DNA of 64,000 bases from Cyanobacteria bacterium J06626_4 (GCA_038523235.1 JBCBJQ010000018.1:1-64000), one strand, 5' to 3'; numbered from the stretch's first letter, positions 22,482 through 34,457 are shown. Program-made: numbers and translations. Notes: generated from the letters alone by a model not told the origin.

Positions 22482-25400
22482 TCAAAGCAGAGCTAAACGA
22501 GATTGCAAAATCTCGGCTTGAGTCTCCGCTTCGGTAAGGGCGTCGCGGGCTCCCTGCACCACATCTTCAGGGGCCTTATTAACAAATCCGGGATTTCCCA
22601 ACCGCCCCGAGAGCGATTTGATTTCACCCTCGACTTTAGCCAGGTCTTTTTCGAGCTTGGCCTTAAGGGCATCAACATCAACAAGCCCCGTCAATGGAAT
22701 CAACACCTGCACCGTTCCCACTACACCGGCGAACATTTTGGGTGGGGGTGTCGATGAGGCGGCGACGGACGAAGCCGCAGGAGGATCTGAGACAGCGGCT
22801 GGAGCGGCAGTTGCTGACGCTGGGGGAGTAGGTGGTACTACCACTGTAGAGGTCGCTGGCTGAGCTGCTGTTTGGCGGTTGATCCAGTCTTTAGCCTCGC
22901 CCATCACCTCTTGACGCCAGTGGGCCAACTGCTGCCAGGTTTGGCGGCGCTTGGGGGCATACAGCAAATTTTTGCTGATAAACCAGGCAGTGTAGCCGAT
23001 ACCGACCAGCTCAAGTAATGGCGCTACCAGCGGCAGACTTTCTAAGGTGCTGACGATCGCAGACAACACCTGCAAGGTAATTAAGAGCGCTGCGAATAAG
23101 ATCAACGAGCCAGCGGGTCGCCGAAAATCGCTAAAAAATCGCTGGATATAGGTCAACGGCTCCTCCAGCAGAGGACGCATCGTCACCCAAAAATCAGTCA
23201 CCTCAGCCGCGATCGTACTGACACTGAGTCCATCAACCAGGTCGGTATCTGGCTTAGAACGAGCAGGAGCATTCGGAACATCCGCCGTTTCTGAGGCCAC
23301 CTCAGGGTTGACGGCAGCGCTCATGTGCGGCGCATCAGGTCGGTCAGTGGTCGTCTCTGAGTTCACAGTCGGGGCGGTAGCCGGTGGTTGGGGGGCCGCA
23401 TCGCCTTGGATCGTCAGCGTTTCGACTTTGCCCAACGCCTGAATGTACGGCTGGGTGGATTTCAAAATCCGCTGCTCAGCAGGATTGGCTGACTGCAAAA
23501 TGATCTCAATGCGAGCACTGGGCTTGATCCCGGCCTCCGCTCGCAAGTTACGAATTGTGCGAATTGTGCCAAACAGCAGGTCAAACTCCTGTTCCAGCAT
23601 CGGCTTGATCGCCTCGGTGTCAGCCGTGGGATAAACCTGCATCGCTAAAAACTCATCCTCATCCGCCTGGTTAAGGGTGTGCCAGATCTCTTCAGTAATG
23701 TGGGGCATAAAGGGATGCAGCGATCGCAAAATGCCATCTAGCACATAGGCCAGGGTTTGCTGAGCGACCTGTTTAGCCTCACCATCACCCTGTAGGCGCG
23801 GTTTCACCAGCTCGATATACCAGTCGCAAAAGTCACCCCAGACAAAGTCATAAAGATGCTTGGCCGCTTCACCAAAGCCATACTTCTCCATATCGGTGTG
23901 CACTTGCTGCAAGACGCCGCTGTGACGCGACAAAATCCAGCGATCGGCGAGTTCGAGGGTGGTAGGATTGGGGACGCCAAGCTGCGCCGGTGTCTGTCCT
24001 TCGAGATTCATCATCACAAACCGGGCCGCGTTCCACAGCTTGTTGGTGAAGTTACGCGAGGCCTCGACGGAGACGGACTCATCGGTTTTGCGATCGTATT
24101 CCAGGCGAATATCTTGACCGGCCCCGGCGACCTCACGAATCAGCGCGTAGCGGAGGGCATCAGTGCCGTACTTGTTGATCAAAATTAGCGGATCAATGCC
24201 ATTGCCCTTAGACTTCGACATCTTTTGATTATTTTCGTCCCGCACCAGACCGTGGATGTAGACTGCCTCGAAGGGCATTTGGTCGGTGAAATGTCCCGCC
24301 ATCATCGTCATGCGGGCCACCCAGAAAAAGATGATGTCAAACCCGGTCACCAAGGTAGTGGTGGGGTAATAGGTTTGAAAATCTGGGGCGCTCTCATCGG
24401 GCCAGCCCATCGTCGAAAACGGCCATAATCCCGACGAAAACCAGGTATCCAGCACATCCGGATCTTGGGCCAGCAAAACATCTTCGCCGAACTGGGCGAT
24501 CGCTTTCTCCTCGGCTTCATCAAAATTCGCCGCCACCACAAAGGGGGTATTGTCACGAATCTCGCCGTCGGTTTCGCTAACGGCATACCAGGCCGGAATC
24601 TGGTGGCCCCACCATAACTGCCGGGAGATGCACCAGTCGCGCAGGCTGACTAACCAGTCGCGATAGACCTTCGTCCACCGTTCGGGCACAAACTTCGGGG
24701 AGTGGTGCTGATCCAAGGCTGCCAGTGCTTTTTGGGCCAGGGGCTCAATTTTGACAAACCACTGGGTTGAGAGCAGGGGTTCCACGGGCACCTTACCGCG
24801 ATCGCTATAGGGCACCGTGTGCTGATAGTCTTCAATGCGTACCAAGAAACCATCATCTCGTAGGCGATCGACCACGGCTTTCCGCGCTTCAAACCGATCC
24901 ATCCCTTCAAACGGCCCGGCGTCAGAATTCATCGTGCCGTCTTTATTCATGACGGTGATGCGGGGCAGGTCGTGGCGCTGACCCATGGCAAAGTCATTGG
25001 GATCGTGGGCGGGCGTTACTTTAACGCAGCCGGTACCAAATTCCTTGTCCACATAGTCATCGGCAATGATCGGAATTTCGCGCTCCATAATGGGCAAGGC
25101 CAGGGTTTTGCCCACGAAGTCCCGATAGCGATCATCCTCCGGATTCACCGCCACGGCGGTATCGCCCAACATCGTCTCAGGGCGCGTGGTGGCCACTTCT
25201 ACATAGCCGGAACCATCCGTCAGCGGATAGCGAAAATGCCAGAGATGACCATTCACCTCCGTTGGCTCTACTTCCAGATCAGACACCGCCGACTGACTCG
25301 CAGGGCACCAGTTCACCATGTAGTTGCCCCGGTAGATCAGGCCCTCTTCGTAAAGTTGAGTAAACGCCTTGACCACGGCCTTCGACAAGCCCGCATCCAT

Positions 25401-25850
25401 CGTGAAGCGCTCCCGGCTCCAGTCAACCGAAACGCCGAGCTTCCGCAACTGGCTCACAATCGTGCCGCCCGATTCCGCTTTCCATTGCCAGGCCCGCTCC
25501 AAAAACTGCTCGCGTCCCAAGTCTTCCAGCGTCTTGCCGTCCGCTTTGATCTGCCGTTCTAGAATGGTTTGTACGGCAATGCTGGCATGGTCAGTGCCCG
25601 GCAACCACAAGGCGTTGCGTCCCTGCATGCGTTGGTAGCGCACTAGTGTGTCAATCAGGGCGTTCTCAAAGGCATGGCCCATGTGCAGACTGCCGGTGAC
25701 GTTGGGCGGCGGAATGACCACACAAAAGGGTTCTCCCGGATGATCGGGGTCAGCCTTAAAGACATGGCGGGCTTCCCAAGCAGTTTGCCATTTCCCTTCC
25801 GTCAGAGAGGGGTCGTATTGGCTGGGAAGATTGGGGATGGTGGCCGTCAT
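22482..25850 (-). CDS. valS: Valyl-tRNA synthetase with an inserted CAAD (CURT1-like) membrane-anchor domain
   Basis: [31 protein letters not shown]-terminal coiled coil; ~220-aa insert with two TM helices ([19 protein letters not shown]). Confidence 0.98.
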   Translation of the reverse strand: MTATIPNLPSQYDPSLTEGKWQTAWEARHVFKADPDHPGEPFCVVIPPPNVTGSLHMGHAFENALIDTLVRYQRMQGRNALWLPGTDHASIAVQTILERQIKADGKTLEDLGREQFLERAWQWKAESGGTIVSQLRKLGVSVDWSRERFTMDAGLSKAVVKAFTQLYEEGLIYRGNYMVNWCPASQSAVSDLEVEPTEVNGHLWHFRYPLTDGSGYVEVATTRPETMLGDTAVAVNPEDDRYRDFVGKTLALPIMEREIPIIADDYVDKEFGTGCVKVTPAHDPNDFAMGQRHDLPRITVMNKDGTMNSDAGPFEGMDRFEARKAVVDRLRDDGFLVRIEDYQHTVPYSDRGKVPVEPLLSTQWFVKIEPLAQKALAALDQHHSPKFVPERWTKVYRDWLVSLRDWCISRQLWWGHQIPAWYAVSETDGEIRDNTPFVVAANFDEAEEKAIAQFGEDVLLAQDPDVLDTWFSSGLWPFSTMGWPDESAPDFQTYYPTTTLVTGFDIIFFWVARMTMMAGHFTDQMPFEAVYIHGLVRDENNQKMSKSKGNGIDPLILINKYGTDALRYALIREVAGAGQDIRLEYDRKTDESVSVEASRNFTNKLWNAARFVMMNLEGQTPAQLGVPNPTTLELADRWILSRHSGVLQQVHTDMEKYGFGEAAKHLYDFVWGDFCDWYIELVKPRLQGDGEAKQVAQQTLAYVLDGILRSLHPFMPHITEEIWHTLNQADEDEFLAMQVYPTADTEAIKPMLEQEFDLLFGTIRTIRNLRAEAGIKPSARIEIILQSANPAEQRILKSTQPYIQALGKVETLTIQGDAAPQPPATAPTVNSETTTDRPDAPHMSAAVNPEVASETADVPNAPARSKPDTDLVDGLSVSTIAAEVTDFWVTMRPLLEEPLTYIQRFFSDFRRPAGSLILFAALLITLQVLSAIVSTLESLPLVAPLLELVGIGYTAWFISKNLLYAPKRRQTWQQLAHWRQEVMGEAKDWINRQTAAQPATSTVVVPPTPPASATAAPAAVSDPPAASSVAASSTPPPKMFAGVVGTVQVLIPLTGLVDVDALKAKLEKDLAKVEGEIKSLSGRLGNPGFVNKAPEDVVQGARDALTEAETQAEILQSRLALL

Positions 25851-25910
25851 GGGGATAGAGTTCTCGTTCGGGGCAGTCGATTACCTCATGATCTTGCCAT
25901 GAGATTTCCT

Positions 25911-26753
25911 TTAGAGACTAAGAGAACGGAAGAATTTCGCATCACCGGGCGCTTCACAGACGGCCTTTCTGAATATTTCGTTCAGTCGTTCCAGAACTTC
26001 GCTCTTATTGACGAGATCAGGGCGGCCCAGCCCGTAATACTCATCGTTGTGGCGCTCGAACTCGTGCTCGATAAATTCGTTAAGTTCTAGCACTGGTTTA
26101 CCCACGCCCAATTCTGGAGACTGGATCTTTAACGCCAGCAGCTCATCAATGAGGGGAACCAATGGTCTCGGAGCAGTCTTGGCAACGAGCCGAACAAACT
26201 CAACCGGGGGAACACCGAGCCCCTGCTCTAGATGGCGAATGGCCAGTAGCGGGCGCAAAACATAGAAATACTTTTTCAACCGAACTTGGTCGCGATACAG
26301 GAAACTAGCAGCGTTGCTTCGCGCCATGTGACTGTAGTGGTAACACAGGGCCACGCGGTTGGCGGTGACATTTGCCAGGGCGCGCAGCTGACCCGCAAAG
26401 TCACCCACCTCGATGTAACGGATCGGACTGTTTAGCCACTCGAAGAGCGCGCCGTTGGTGCGAGTAAAGAGGTAAAGCGCCTTGCGAATATCCCAGCCGT
26501 TGCAATCAATCTCGTCGACGATGGGGTACTCGATGACGTCACGACGTCGCTCTACATCAAATGACAAGTACCAATCGGCCGGACGAGCATAGATAAATCT
26601 CACGTCATAGTCAGAATCAGGCGAGGCGAACCCCCAGGCCCGGCTGCCCGACTCACAGGCATACAAAATCTTGACGTTGTGCTCTGCCTCAGTTTGAGCG
26701 AGCCGCTGCTTGATCTCTACAGCAAACGGCGGCGGGATTTGAGAGAATTCCAC
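25911..26753 (-). CDS. Pol-beta superfamily nucleotidyltransferase (YcgL/RlaP-like, RNA-repair-associated family)
   Basis: YACESGSRAWGFASPDSDYDVRFIY, GWDIRKAL, EWLNSP, KKYFYVLRPLL; GTG at 26753 preferred over 26801. Confidence 0.88.
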   Translation of the reverse strand: MEFSQIPPPFAVEIKQRLAQTEAEHNVKILYACESGSRAWGFASPDSDYDVRFIYARPADWYLSFDVERRRDVIEYPIVDEIDCNGWDIRKALYLFTRTNGALFEWLNSPIRYIEVGDFAGQLRALANVTANRVALCYHYSHMARSNAASFLYRDQVRLKKYFYVLRPLLAIRHLEQGLGVPPVEFVRLVAKTAPRPLVPLIDELLALKIQSPELGVGKPVLELNEFIEHEFERHNDEYYGLGRPDLVNKSEVLERLNEIFRKAVCEAPGDAKFFRSLSL

Positions 26754-26905
26754 GGTATCTCCGGTGTCGCCTAAAGATGACGTTGAGCCGCCGAACGGCA
26801 TACTGAACGACGGTCATCATGGTGCTGATTGTTCTTGTCAGATGCCCAAACATGCACTGACCGAAGCCGGTCATGGGGCGATCGCGGCTCAGAATCCGAG
26901 CATCG

Positions 26906-27280
26906 CTACCACCAGCTTGTTCCCCTCTTCGGCCCGATGAAGTCCTTGTGCACCCAACCGACCTGCTCTGACACTGGAAATTTGACTTGAATCCAGGTTT
27001 CACATTCTCGGCTAAAGGCTTGACCGATGAGCTCCACATCTTCACCAACCAGCCCGTAGGCCGTGACCTCGTAATCTAATCCTGGCCCGGTTCTCACATT
27101 GACCCGACTACCAACCGTTTCGCCATCGATGAAAGCGGGTTCGGGTTCATCATACGAAAACACCTCTTCAGCCGGAATGTCGGTGTCGTCAGCGTATACG
27201 GGACAGGTGAGCACGGGTTGACTGTGAGCGGGTGCAGCCAGTGAGAACAGCGTCGCGGTGGCGATCAGAATTTTTTTCAT
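26906..27280 (-). CDS. Secreted bacterial SH3 (SH3b) domain protein
   Basis: Signal peptide MKKILIATATLFSLAAPAHS; VNVRTGPG...WIQVKF...GWVHKDFI. Confidence 0.88.
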   Translation of the reverse strand: MKKILIATATLFSLAAPAHSQPVLTCPVYADDTDIPAEEVFSYDEPEPAFIDGETVGSRVNVRTGPGLDYEVTAYGLVGEDVELIGQAFSRECETWIQVKFPVSEQVGWVHKDFIGPKRGTSWW

Positions 27281-27344
27281 GGGATTGAGAGACCTCCAAT
27301 CAGCGCTTCTGCGATGAGCGATCGCACCTCTCAAACTTCAATTG

Positions 27345-27379
27345 CCGCACTCCGCATTCCGCATGCTGCACTCCGAATT
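27345..27379. repeat. Heptamer tandem repeat (STRR-like), 5 degenerate units
   Basis: ccgcact ccgcatt ccgcatg ctgcact ccgaatt, immediately downstream of the guaA stop. Confidence 0.7.
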
Positions 27380-27385
27380 CGCTCT

Positions 27386-28999
27386 CTACTCCCACTCAAT
27401 GGTGCCGGGCGGCTTAGACGTCACGTCATACACCACGCGATTGACGCCTTTGACTTCGTTGACGATGCGATTAGAAATGGCCTCTAGCAGATCGTAAGGA
27501 GTGCGCGACCAATCAGCGGTCATGCCATCTTCGCTGGAAACAAACCGCAGCACGATGGGATAGGCGTAGGTGCGCTGGTCGCCCATAACGCCAACACTGC
27601 GTACGGGCAGCAGCACCGCAAAGGCCTGCCAAAAGTCGTGATACATGCCGCGATCGCGAATCTCTTGCCGCACGATATAGTCAGCATCGCGTAGGATGTC
27701 GAGCTTTTCGGCGGTGACTTCGCCCAAGATGCGAATTGCCAGACCAGGACCAGGGAAGGGATGGCGGCGCACGATTTCTTCAGGCAGGCCCAGCGATCGC
27801 CCGAGCTTACGCACTTCATCTTTAAATAACTTTCGCAGCGGCTCAACGAGCTTAAACCGCAAATCCTTAGGCAGGCCGCCAACGTTGTGGTGGCTTTTGA
27901 TTTTGACCGCGACGCGTTCGCCAGTTTTCGGATCGACGTTCGTGTCGGCAGACTCAATCACGTCAGGATATAGCGTGCCTTGAGCCAGGTAGTCAAACGG
28001 CCCGAGGCGGCGCGACTCTTCTTCAAAAACCTGAATGAATTCGTGACCGATGCGCTTGCGCTTGACCTCTGGATCGGTGACACCTTTCACCTGTTCGAGG
28101 AAGCGCTCGCGGGCGTTGACGTAGCTGACGTGGATGTGGAACTGCTCTTCAAACAGTTTCACTAAGCGTTCGGGCTCACCCTTGCGCATAAAGCCCTGGT
28201 CGATAAACATGCAGGTGAGCTTGTCACCAATGGCTTTGTTTAACAAAAACGCCAGGGTCGAAGAATCGACGCCGCCAGACAGGGCCAACAGCACGCGGCG
28301 ATCGCCGACGCGAGCGCGGACTTCGCGCACGGCTTCTTCGATAAAGGCTTCCGTCGTCCATGTAGGCTGACAGTCGCAAATGTGATAGACAAAGTTACGA
28401 ATCAGCGCCTGACCGTCTTGAGAATGAACCACTTCGGGGTGAAACTGGACGCCATAGTATTTCCGCTCATGGTCAGCGATCGCGGCACTCGGCGTGTTGT
28501 TGGTGTGGGCTAACACTTCAAAGCCAGGGGGCATTTGGGTGACCGAGTCGCCGTGGCTCATCCACATTGTGGAGCCATCTTCCACATTAGTGAGCAGATC
28601 CGTGGGGTCATCAATTTTCAGCGAAGCTTTGCCGTATTCGGCCCGCTCGGCCCGCTCGACTTGACCACCCAGCTGCTGCACCATCAGCTGCATGCCATAG
28701 CACACCCCCAATACCGGCACGCCCAGATTCCAAATCTCCGGGTCGCAATGGGGCGCCCGTTCGTCGTAGACCGAGTTTGGCCCACCAGACAAGATGATGC
28801 CCTGAGGATTAAGCTGCCGCAACTGCTCTGCCGTCGTGCGATAGGACAGCACTTCAGAATAAACTTCGGTTTCGCGAATGCGGCGGGCAATCAGTTCAGA
28901 ATATTGCGAGCCAAAATCTAAGATCACCAACATTTGGCGATCGAGTCTCGCCGTACTGGGCTCATCAGAGGTCGTCGCGGTTTGGGTTTGCAGAGTCAC
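27386..28999 (-). CDS. guaA: GMP synthase (glutamine-hydrolysing)
   Basis: [50 protein letters not shown] 28999 preferred as start. Confidence 0.98.
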   Translation of the reverse strand: MTLQTQTATTSDEPSTARLDRQMLVILDFGSQYSELIARRIRETEVYSEVLSYRTTAEQLRQLNPQGIILSGGPNSVYDERAPHCDPEIWNLGVPVLGVCYGMQLMVQQLGGQVERAERAEYGKASLKIDDPTDLLTNVEDGSTMWMSHGDSVTQMPPGFEVLAHTNNTPSAAIADHERKYYGVQFHPEVVHSQDGQALIRNFVYHICDCQPTWTTEAFIEEAVREVRARVGDRRVLLALSGGVDSSTLAFLLNKAIGDKLTCMFIDQGFMRKGEPERLVKLFEEQFHIHVSYVNARERFLEQVKGVTDPEVKRKRIGHEFIQVFEEESRRLGPFDYLAQGTLYPDVIESADTNVDPKTGERVAVKIKSHHNVGGLPKDLRFKLVEPLRKLFKDEVRKLGRSLGLPEEIVRRHPFPGPGLAIRILGEVTAEKLDILRDADYIVRQEIRDRGMYHDFWQAFAVLLPVRSVGVMGDQRTYAYPIVLRFVSSEDGMTADWSRTPYDLLEAISNRIVNEVKGVNRVVYDVTSKPPGTIEWE

Positions 29000-29206
29000 G
29001 GCAGAAATCCTGTGAATAAGTGAATAACTTGAAAGGTGTCGCTTGTCGGCGTTAGCAGCAACCTCAGGAACGGGGCTGTCAGGTGTCATTAATACGGACG
29101 AATAATCAAAAACGATTTAAAAACTGACGGGAGATAATCTCTCAATCTGTCCGTTCATCATGGCGCGAACGAGAGGCTAAGGTGAGCATCGAAAAAAATA
29201 TTCCTC

Positions 29207-30349
29207 CTAGCTTACCAAAAGAGTTTGCAAGAGTGACTGGCCGCGATCGCTGATGGCGACAATCTCTCGCGAGCGGTCAAACACCGCCGAGCCAACGACT
29301 AGCGCGCGATCGGCATTGGCGCGCAGGTAGGTCGTCGATCGCTCATCGATCCGCTGCACCAGCGTTTGATAGATTTGCTCCACCCAGCTGCCCGATTCGG
29401 CAGCGTCGAGCTGTCGCAGATAGGTGAGGCCCGCTTCCACCGTCTGGGCCTGCAATAGTTGCTGTACGTGGGCGGTGGGTAAGCCTTGAGCAGCGGCGAT
29501 CGCGGTCAAAATTTCTTGTCGGCCATCAGCGACATAATGATGGGTATGAAAAATGCCGCCCGCTAGCTTAATCAACTTGCCGTGGTAGCCCAGCAGCAGG
29601 ATTTCTTGCACGCCACTCAGGGCGGCTTCCACCAGCAGCGGCCCGATCCAGTTGCCGGTTTTGAGCCGCTGCTCGGGTCGAATGCCAAGCGACAGGGCTT
29701 TGTCTAACCCGTTTTCGCCCACACAAAAGACCAGCGTCGTGAACTGCGTCGCCCGCTCCCGCACCGCTTGCCGAAACGCCGCCAGCTGTCCCGGCGCACT
29801 CAGCGGCTCGGCAATGCCCGAAGTGCCCAGCAGCGACAGGCCGTCCACTACGCCAAAGGCAGCATTAGAGGTGCGCAAGGCTAGCGATCGCCCCTCCGGC
29901 AACACAATTGTGATTCGCAGCGATCGCCCCTCCGGCAGCAGCGGCAGCAGATTTGCTTGCAATACCGTCTGGGCATAGGCATAGATGGCCGGTTGTTGGT
30001 CAGCCTTCACCTGTCGGCCTAACCCCTCACCACCTGCAATCTGGAGGCGCTCTATTTGCAGCGCTGGCCCCCAAGCAGCAATCGCCCAAACGGGCGTGTG
30101 ACGTGTGATATCAAGATTATCGCCGGGATCGCTGCGGCTAATCGCTAGCACGGAGCCGTCGGGCAGCGGTGCCACCTGCTCAATCGGAATGTCGGCGGAG
30201 CGAGCCGGATTTACCAAATCAACGGTAACGGACTCGGCGGCCTGGGTCGAATCCAACAGCATTCGCAGCGCCGCGATCGCGCTGGCACAGGCAAACACCG
30301 GCAGCGTATAGCCTGCTCTGGGTTGGTCAGCTTTTGTCTCAGACGACAT
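29207..30349 (-). CDS. cbiD: Cobalt-precorrin-5B C1-methyltransferase
   Basis: GYTLPVFACA, SDPGDNLDIT, GGEGLG, TSNAAFGVVDGLSLLGTSG, GKLIKLAGGIFHTH. Confidence 0.95.
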   Translation of the reverse strand: MSSETKADQPRAGYTLPVFACASAIAALRMLLDSTQAAESVTVDLVNPARSADIPIEQVAPLPDGSVLAISRSDPGDNLDITRHTPVWAIAAWGPALQIERLQIAGGEGLGRQVKADQQPAIYAYAQTVLQANLLPLLPEGRSLRITIVLPEGRSLALRTSNAAFGVVDGLSLLGTSGIAEPLSAPGQLAAFRQAVRERATQFTTLVFCVGENGLDKALSLGIRPEQRLKTGNWIGPLLVEAALSGVQEILLLGYHGKLIKLAGGIFHTHHYVADGRQEILTAIAAAQGLPTAHVQQLLQAQTVEAGLTYLRQLDAAESGSWVEQIYQTLVQRIDERSTTYLRANADRALVVGSAVFDRSREIVAISDRGQSLLQTLLVS

Positions 30350-30447
30350 ACTTTGGCAATTAATATGTTGTTAAAGTTGAGAGCGATCGCGTTCAATTGC
30401 GCCGCGATCTTCGCCCAGTGTATTCGCCAGTAGGGTTTGCTGTTTTT

Positions 30448-31434
30448 ATGAACGCCATCGACTATCTCCGCATCAGTCTGATCGATCGCTGCAATTTTCA
30501 GTGTCAGTACTGCATGCCCGAGGGGGCTGACCTCACCTACGCCCTGCAGCAAGATTGGTTCACCCGCGCCGAGCTGCGATCGCTGTTGACCGGGGTCTTT
30601 GTGCCCGCTGGGTTTACTCGCTTTCGCCTGACTGGGGGCGAGCCCCTGCTGCGCCCCGACGTGGTGGAAATTGTCGAAGACATCGCCCACCTGCCCCAAA
30701 CTCAAGATCTGTCGATGACCACCAATGCCTTTTTGCTGGCGAAAAAGGCTGAAGCACTGTGGCATGCGGGTCTACGACGACTCAATATCAGCCTCGACTC
30801 CCTTGACCCCGACACGTTTCAAGCGATTGTGGGCGGTCGCGGGCGGTCGCGCTGGCATGACGTTTGGGAGGGCATTCAAGTCGCTCACCAGATCGGTTTC
30901 TCACCACTGAAGCTCAATGTGGTGGTGATTCCCGGCGTGAATGATAGCGAAATCCTGGATCTGGCTGCCCTCAGCCGCGATCGCGAGTGGCACGTGCGGT
31001 TCATCGAGTTTATGCCCATCGGTAACGGTGATCTGTTTGAAAACAGCGGCTGGATTGCCTCAGAAGAACTCCGCCAACGCCTTCGTAATCGCTGGGGACT
31101 GACTACCGGCAACGTACGCGGCAACGGCCCAGCCGATGTGTTTCAGATTCCGGGCGCACTGGGCACAGTGGGCTTTATTAGCCAAATGTCGGAGTGTTTT
31201 TGCGATCGCTGCAACCGCATGCGCCTGTCTGCCGATGGCTGGCTGCGGCCCTGCCTGCTGAACGAAACCGGACAGATAAATCTGCGTGAGCTGCTGCGCC
31301 AAGGCGCACCACTAGAGGAAATGCGCGATCGGGTGATGGCGCTGGTGGACGCGAAACCCGAGGTCAACTTCAAAATGCGCGACTCGGGAACAACGGGCGC
31401 TTATAGTCGCACGATGTCGCAAATCGGTGGTTAG
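30448..31434 (+). CDS. moaA: GTP 3',8-cyclase (molybdenum cofactor biosynthesis)
   Basis: [17 protein letters not shown] radical-SAM motif, [17 protein letters not shown]-terminal MSQIGG. Confidence 0.97.
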   Translation: MNAIDYLRISLIDRCNFQCQYCMPEGADLTYALQQDWFTRAELRSLLTGVFVPAGFTRFRLTGGEPLLRPDVVEIVEDIAHLPQTQDLSMTTNAFLLAKKAEALWHAGLRRLNISLDSLDPDTFQAIVGGRGRSRWHDVWEGIQVAHQIGFSPLKLNVVVIPGVNDSEILDLAALSRDREWHVRFIEFMPIGNGDLFENSGWIASEELRQRLRNRWGLTTGNVRGNGPADVFQIPGALGTVGFISQMSECFCDRCNRMRLSADGWLRPCLLNETGQINLRELLRQGAPLEEMRDRVMALVDAKPEVNFKMRDSGTTGAYSRTMSQIGG

Positions 31435-31772
31435 GCAATTATGCCAATTCGCTGAATTTGGACGACACAGCCAAAAAGCGGGTAGCCCTCTTCGACCAGG
31501 GGGCAGCGACAGCGGGCATGCCCGATCTGTAGCGCTACTTTGCAGAACTGGTATGACTTGCAGGTACCAGTTCTCTAAAATCTCCCAGCCCATCTAACGC
31601 CTCAGCTTCCCCATTCTCCTGCCGGTGCCCATGATGCCTCCCCGCACCGCTCCCCCTCATCGGGATGAGCGGTCAACAGCCCCGAGATGCCGCCGTCGAA
31701 TTAGCGCTACCGTGGAGGTGATTTTTCTTTTGGGAAATCTCAGTGCAGATCAGTTTTGGAACGGTAGGCCGG

Positions 31773-32165
31773 ATGACGAATCATCAACTCACCGCTCAGC
31801 TCAAGCAGCTCACAGCAGGACTGTGGCTCCCTAGCGAAACCGAAGCCCCGTGGACAGTGCCCACCTGGACTTTGACCACGGGCGATGCCGCAGAAATTCG
31901 TCAAGTCTTGCGCCGCGCTGAGGATGTATCTGTAACGGCTAGCTCCCTGCATGAGTTGATGGCCCAGGTGCAGCGGCGCTGTCGGGCCTATGGCGCTGAG
32001 GGCAAGGCGATCGCCCAGCAGCACCAGACGCTATTCGACTACCTGCAGGGTGAATGCGATCGCGTTCGCGTTTTTCGCGTCGGGGTCGTCACCATTGATG
32101 TGGTGATCGTCGGCGAAACCGCCGATGGCTGTGGCATTTTGCAAACTCAAAGCGTTGAAACGTGA
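31773..32165 (+). CDS. nuiA: Nuclease A inhibitor-like protein
   Basis: N-terminal LTAGLWLPSETEAPW and C-terminal RVFRVG..IDVVIVG...QTQSVET match the NuiA pattern. Confidence 0.8.
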   Translation: MTNHQLTAQLKQLTAGLWLPSETEAPWTVPTWTLTTGDAAEIRQVLRRAEDVSVTASSLHELMAQVQRRCRAYGAEGKAIAQQHQTLFDYLQGECDRVRVFRVGVVTIDVVIVGETADGCGILQTQSVET

Positions 32166-32362
32166 AGCGGTCGAGAGCACAGCATCAATCAACGACATCA
32201 CCTTCGATCAGCAGGAACGCACCCGTCCCTATGTAATCAGCTCAGGCCGGTAAGCAGAGTTCGGCCAGCCATAATATTGCCTAAACGATGGCAGACCCTA
32301 GAAACGAGAGCCACTTTGCGCGATGCTGTTACCGGACGGAATCACGTTTGGGAGTAAGCATC

Positions 32363-33070
32363 ATGGCAGAAATAGATCCGGTCAAGCTGATGAAGCAGGA
32401 AGTCGGGCGGGCCGCCGCGGCGCAGGTCAAGTCAGGCACCGTCGTTGGCTTAGGCACCGGCTCGACGACCGCCTTTGCGATTCAATTTATTGGCGAGCGG
32501 CTGGCCAGCGGTGAACTGACGGATATTAAGGGCGTGCCCACTTCCTTTCAGGCCTCGGTGCTCGCCAAGCAGCACGGCATCCCTCTGACCACGCTGGATG
32601 AAGTTGATTACATCGACGTGGCGATCGACGGCGCGGATGAGGTCGATGCCCAGTTCAATTTAATTAAGGGCGGCGGTGCCGCCCACACTCGCGAAAAAAT
32701 TGTCGATGGTCTGGCCGAAAAGTTCATCGTGGTGGTGGATAGCTCCAAGCTGGTGAATAAATTGGGCTCGACCTTTGCGCTGCCGGTTGAGGTGCTGCCC
32801 ATGGCAGTAGCCCCCGTAACTCGCGCCTTAGCAGGCTATGGCGCTAAGGTCGAGCTGCGCATGGGCATTAACAAAGATGGCCCGGTGATTACCGACCAAG
32901 GCAACATGGTGCTAGATGCCAAGTTTGAGGCCATCACTGACCCCGCTGAGCTGGAAAAGGCCCTCAATAACATTCCTGGCGTTCTCGAAAACGGCTTGTT
33001 TGTTGGCGTCGCGACCGAAGTCTTAGTCGGCGAAGTCAAAGACGGCAAGGCCTCGGTGCGCAGCCTCTAG
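32363..33070 (+). CDS. rpiA: Ribose-5-phosphate isomerase A
   Basis: [43 protein letters not shown]. Confidence 0.97.
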   Translation: MAEIDPVKLMKQEVGRAAAAQVKSGTVVGLGTGSTTAFAIQFIGERLASGELTDIKGVPTSFQASVLAKQHGIPLTTLDEVDYIDVAIDGADEVDAQFNLIKGGGAAHTREKIVDGLAEKFIVVVDSSKLVNKLGSTFALPVEVLPMAVAPVTRALAGYGAKVELRMGINKDGPVITDQGNMVLDAKFEAITDPAELEKALNNIPGVLENGLFVGVATEVLVGEVKDGKASVRSL

Positions 33071-33116
33071 TGATCGCGACTGCCCATAAACTTCTCACTC
33101 AGGGCAAGCTGTTCAC

Positions 33117-33154
33117 CCCCTGGCCAATTTTTAGTCGGCCCAGGGGCGTTTTCT
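33117..33154 (+). terminator. Probable rpiA terminator
   Basis: Imperfect stem cccctggcc...ggcccagggg followed by cgttttct. Confidence 0.55.
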
Positions 33155-33878
33155 CAATCCCGTGAACCGCTGGCACCCAGTCGCTGGTCATGACACCACA
33201 GGCGATCGCCACACTCACTTGAGCTTTAGCAACCCGGCAATCACAAACCATCCTCACGCTATTACCAACGACGGCTTCCAGGGATGCCAGCGGCCTCATC
33301 ACCTCAGCCTCACGCCATGCTGGCCTGCCCGTTTTCATGCTGTCTTTATCTTGAGAGACGCTAGCTTTATCTGGTATCTGCGTGTCTCTTTGTTTTCTGG
33401 GTAAAATTGATACAACAAGCTCGGTTTCTTCGTAGATCGTCAGTGTAAAAACTGCTGCCCGGCCTCGTGCCCTGATCGGTTCTTGCACGCTCCCCTGACG
33501 GCTAAATCAATAGGATTAAACTTGGCAATGCTCTCGCGCCGCCCCCTTCGCCGCCCGACGCTAGATTGATAATAGATTTCGTCCTGAGTTTGCTGAAGAG
33601 GAATCATCCCTCACAGCAGATTTAACAGAGTATTGCCCCGGCCATCATGGTTTTGGCCATTGTTGAGAAGACTTTCAATCCGATCGCGCTTCGGATTGAA
33701 AGTCCCTTAAGATTTTCTTGATAAATGAGCATTCTGCCTAAAAGTGTGAGATTCAGCACTATGAGGTTGATCTACTCAAATTAATGCAATAAAAGAGCAC
33801 AATAAGCACATCAAAAATATAGGACTGCCGTTTACTACAGCTTATTAGCAAATATCGTTTGGAGGACGCATGTGAAAA

Positions 33879-34457
33879 ATGGGCAGATGGGAGCACAGCA
33901 CAATTGATCGAATAGTGGATAGCAACGGTTATCTAGGCGAAAATCGCGTGGAAAAATTTGTTGTGATGGTTTTTCCGAATGGCTTGCAGGGGCAAATCTG
34001 GTCCGCTATTTTGCGATCGCAAAATCTTTCCGTGCTTTGGGAATCGCCTGATGTCTCTCTGCCCAAGGCGCTCAAGACACTGCATCACAAGCGTGCCTTG
34101 CCAGATTTGATTGTTGTCGATACTCGCCTCCATCACCTGCAACCCCTGCAGCTGTGTCGCTGGCAACAGAAGCATCACTTGGCCACCAAAATTTTATTGG
34201 TCAACGGCGTTCAGCCTCATATTGTCAATGCAGAAAGGCAATGGGCATTGACCCAGGGAGCCGCAGATCTGCTGCCCAGAATTTGCAAAAACACCCTCGT
34301 CAGCGGGGCCTCAGCCAATCTGCGGCGAGTGCTTGACGTACTGGAGATTACGTCTTGCGATCACCACACACTAATTAAAGCCCTTCTCAGATTAGGCTTG
34401 GTGACATCGCCTCGGTGCGCCCAGTCTGACCATCCGCTCCACTCTCAGGAAATGTAG
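33879..34457 (+). CDS. Atypical response-regulator receiver-like protein; start uncertain
   Basis: PDLIVVD, LCRW, WALTQGAADLLP resemble a cyanobacterial receiver domain; the N-terminal acidic pair is not evident. Confidence 0.65.
   Translation: MGRWEHSTIDRIVDSNGYLGENRVEKFVVMVFPNGLQGQIWSAILRSQNLSVLWESPDVSLPKALKTLHHKRALPDLIVVDTRLHHLQPLQLCRWQQKHHLATKILLVNGVQPHIVNAERQWALTQGAADLLPRICKNTLVSGASANLRRVLDVLEITSCDHHTLIKALLRLGLVTSPRCAQSDHPLHSQEM

Noticed and set aside
33099..33488. 129-aa minus-strand ORF after rpiA
   Set aside because: No recognisable motif and it overlaps the rpiA terminator; cannot be supported without homologs
33670..33704. CRISPR array
   Set aside because: Single palindrome, no repeat-spacer periodicity and no cas genes in the window
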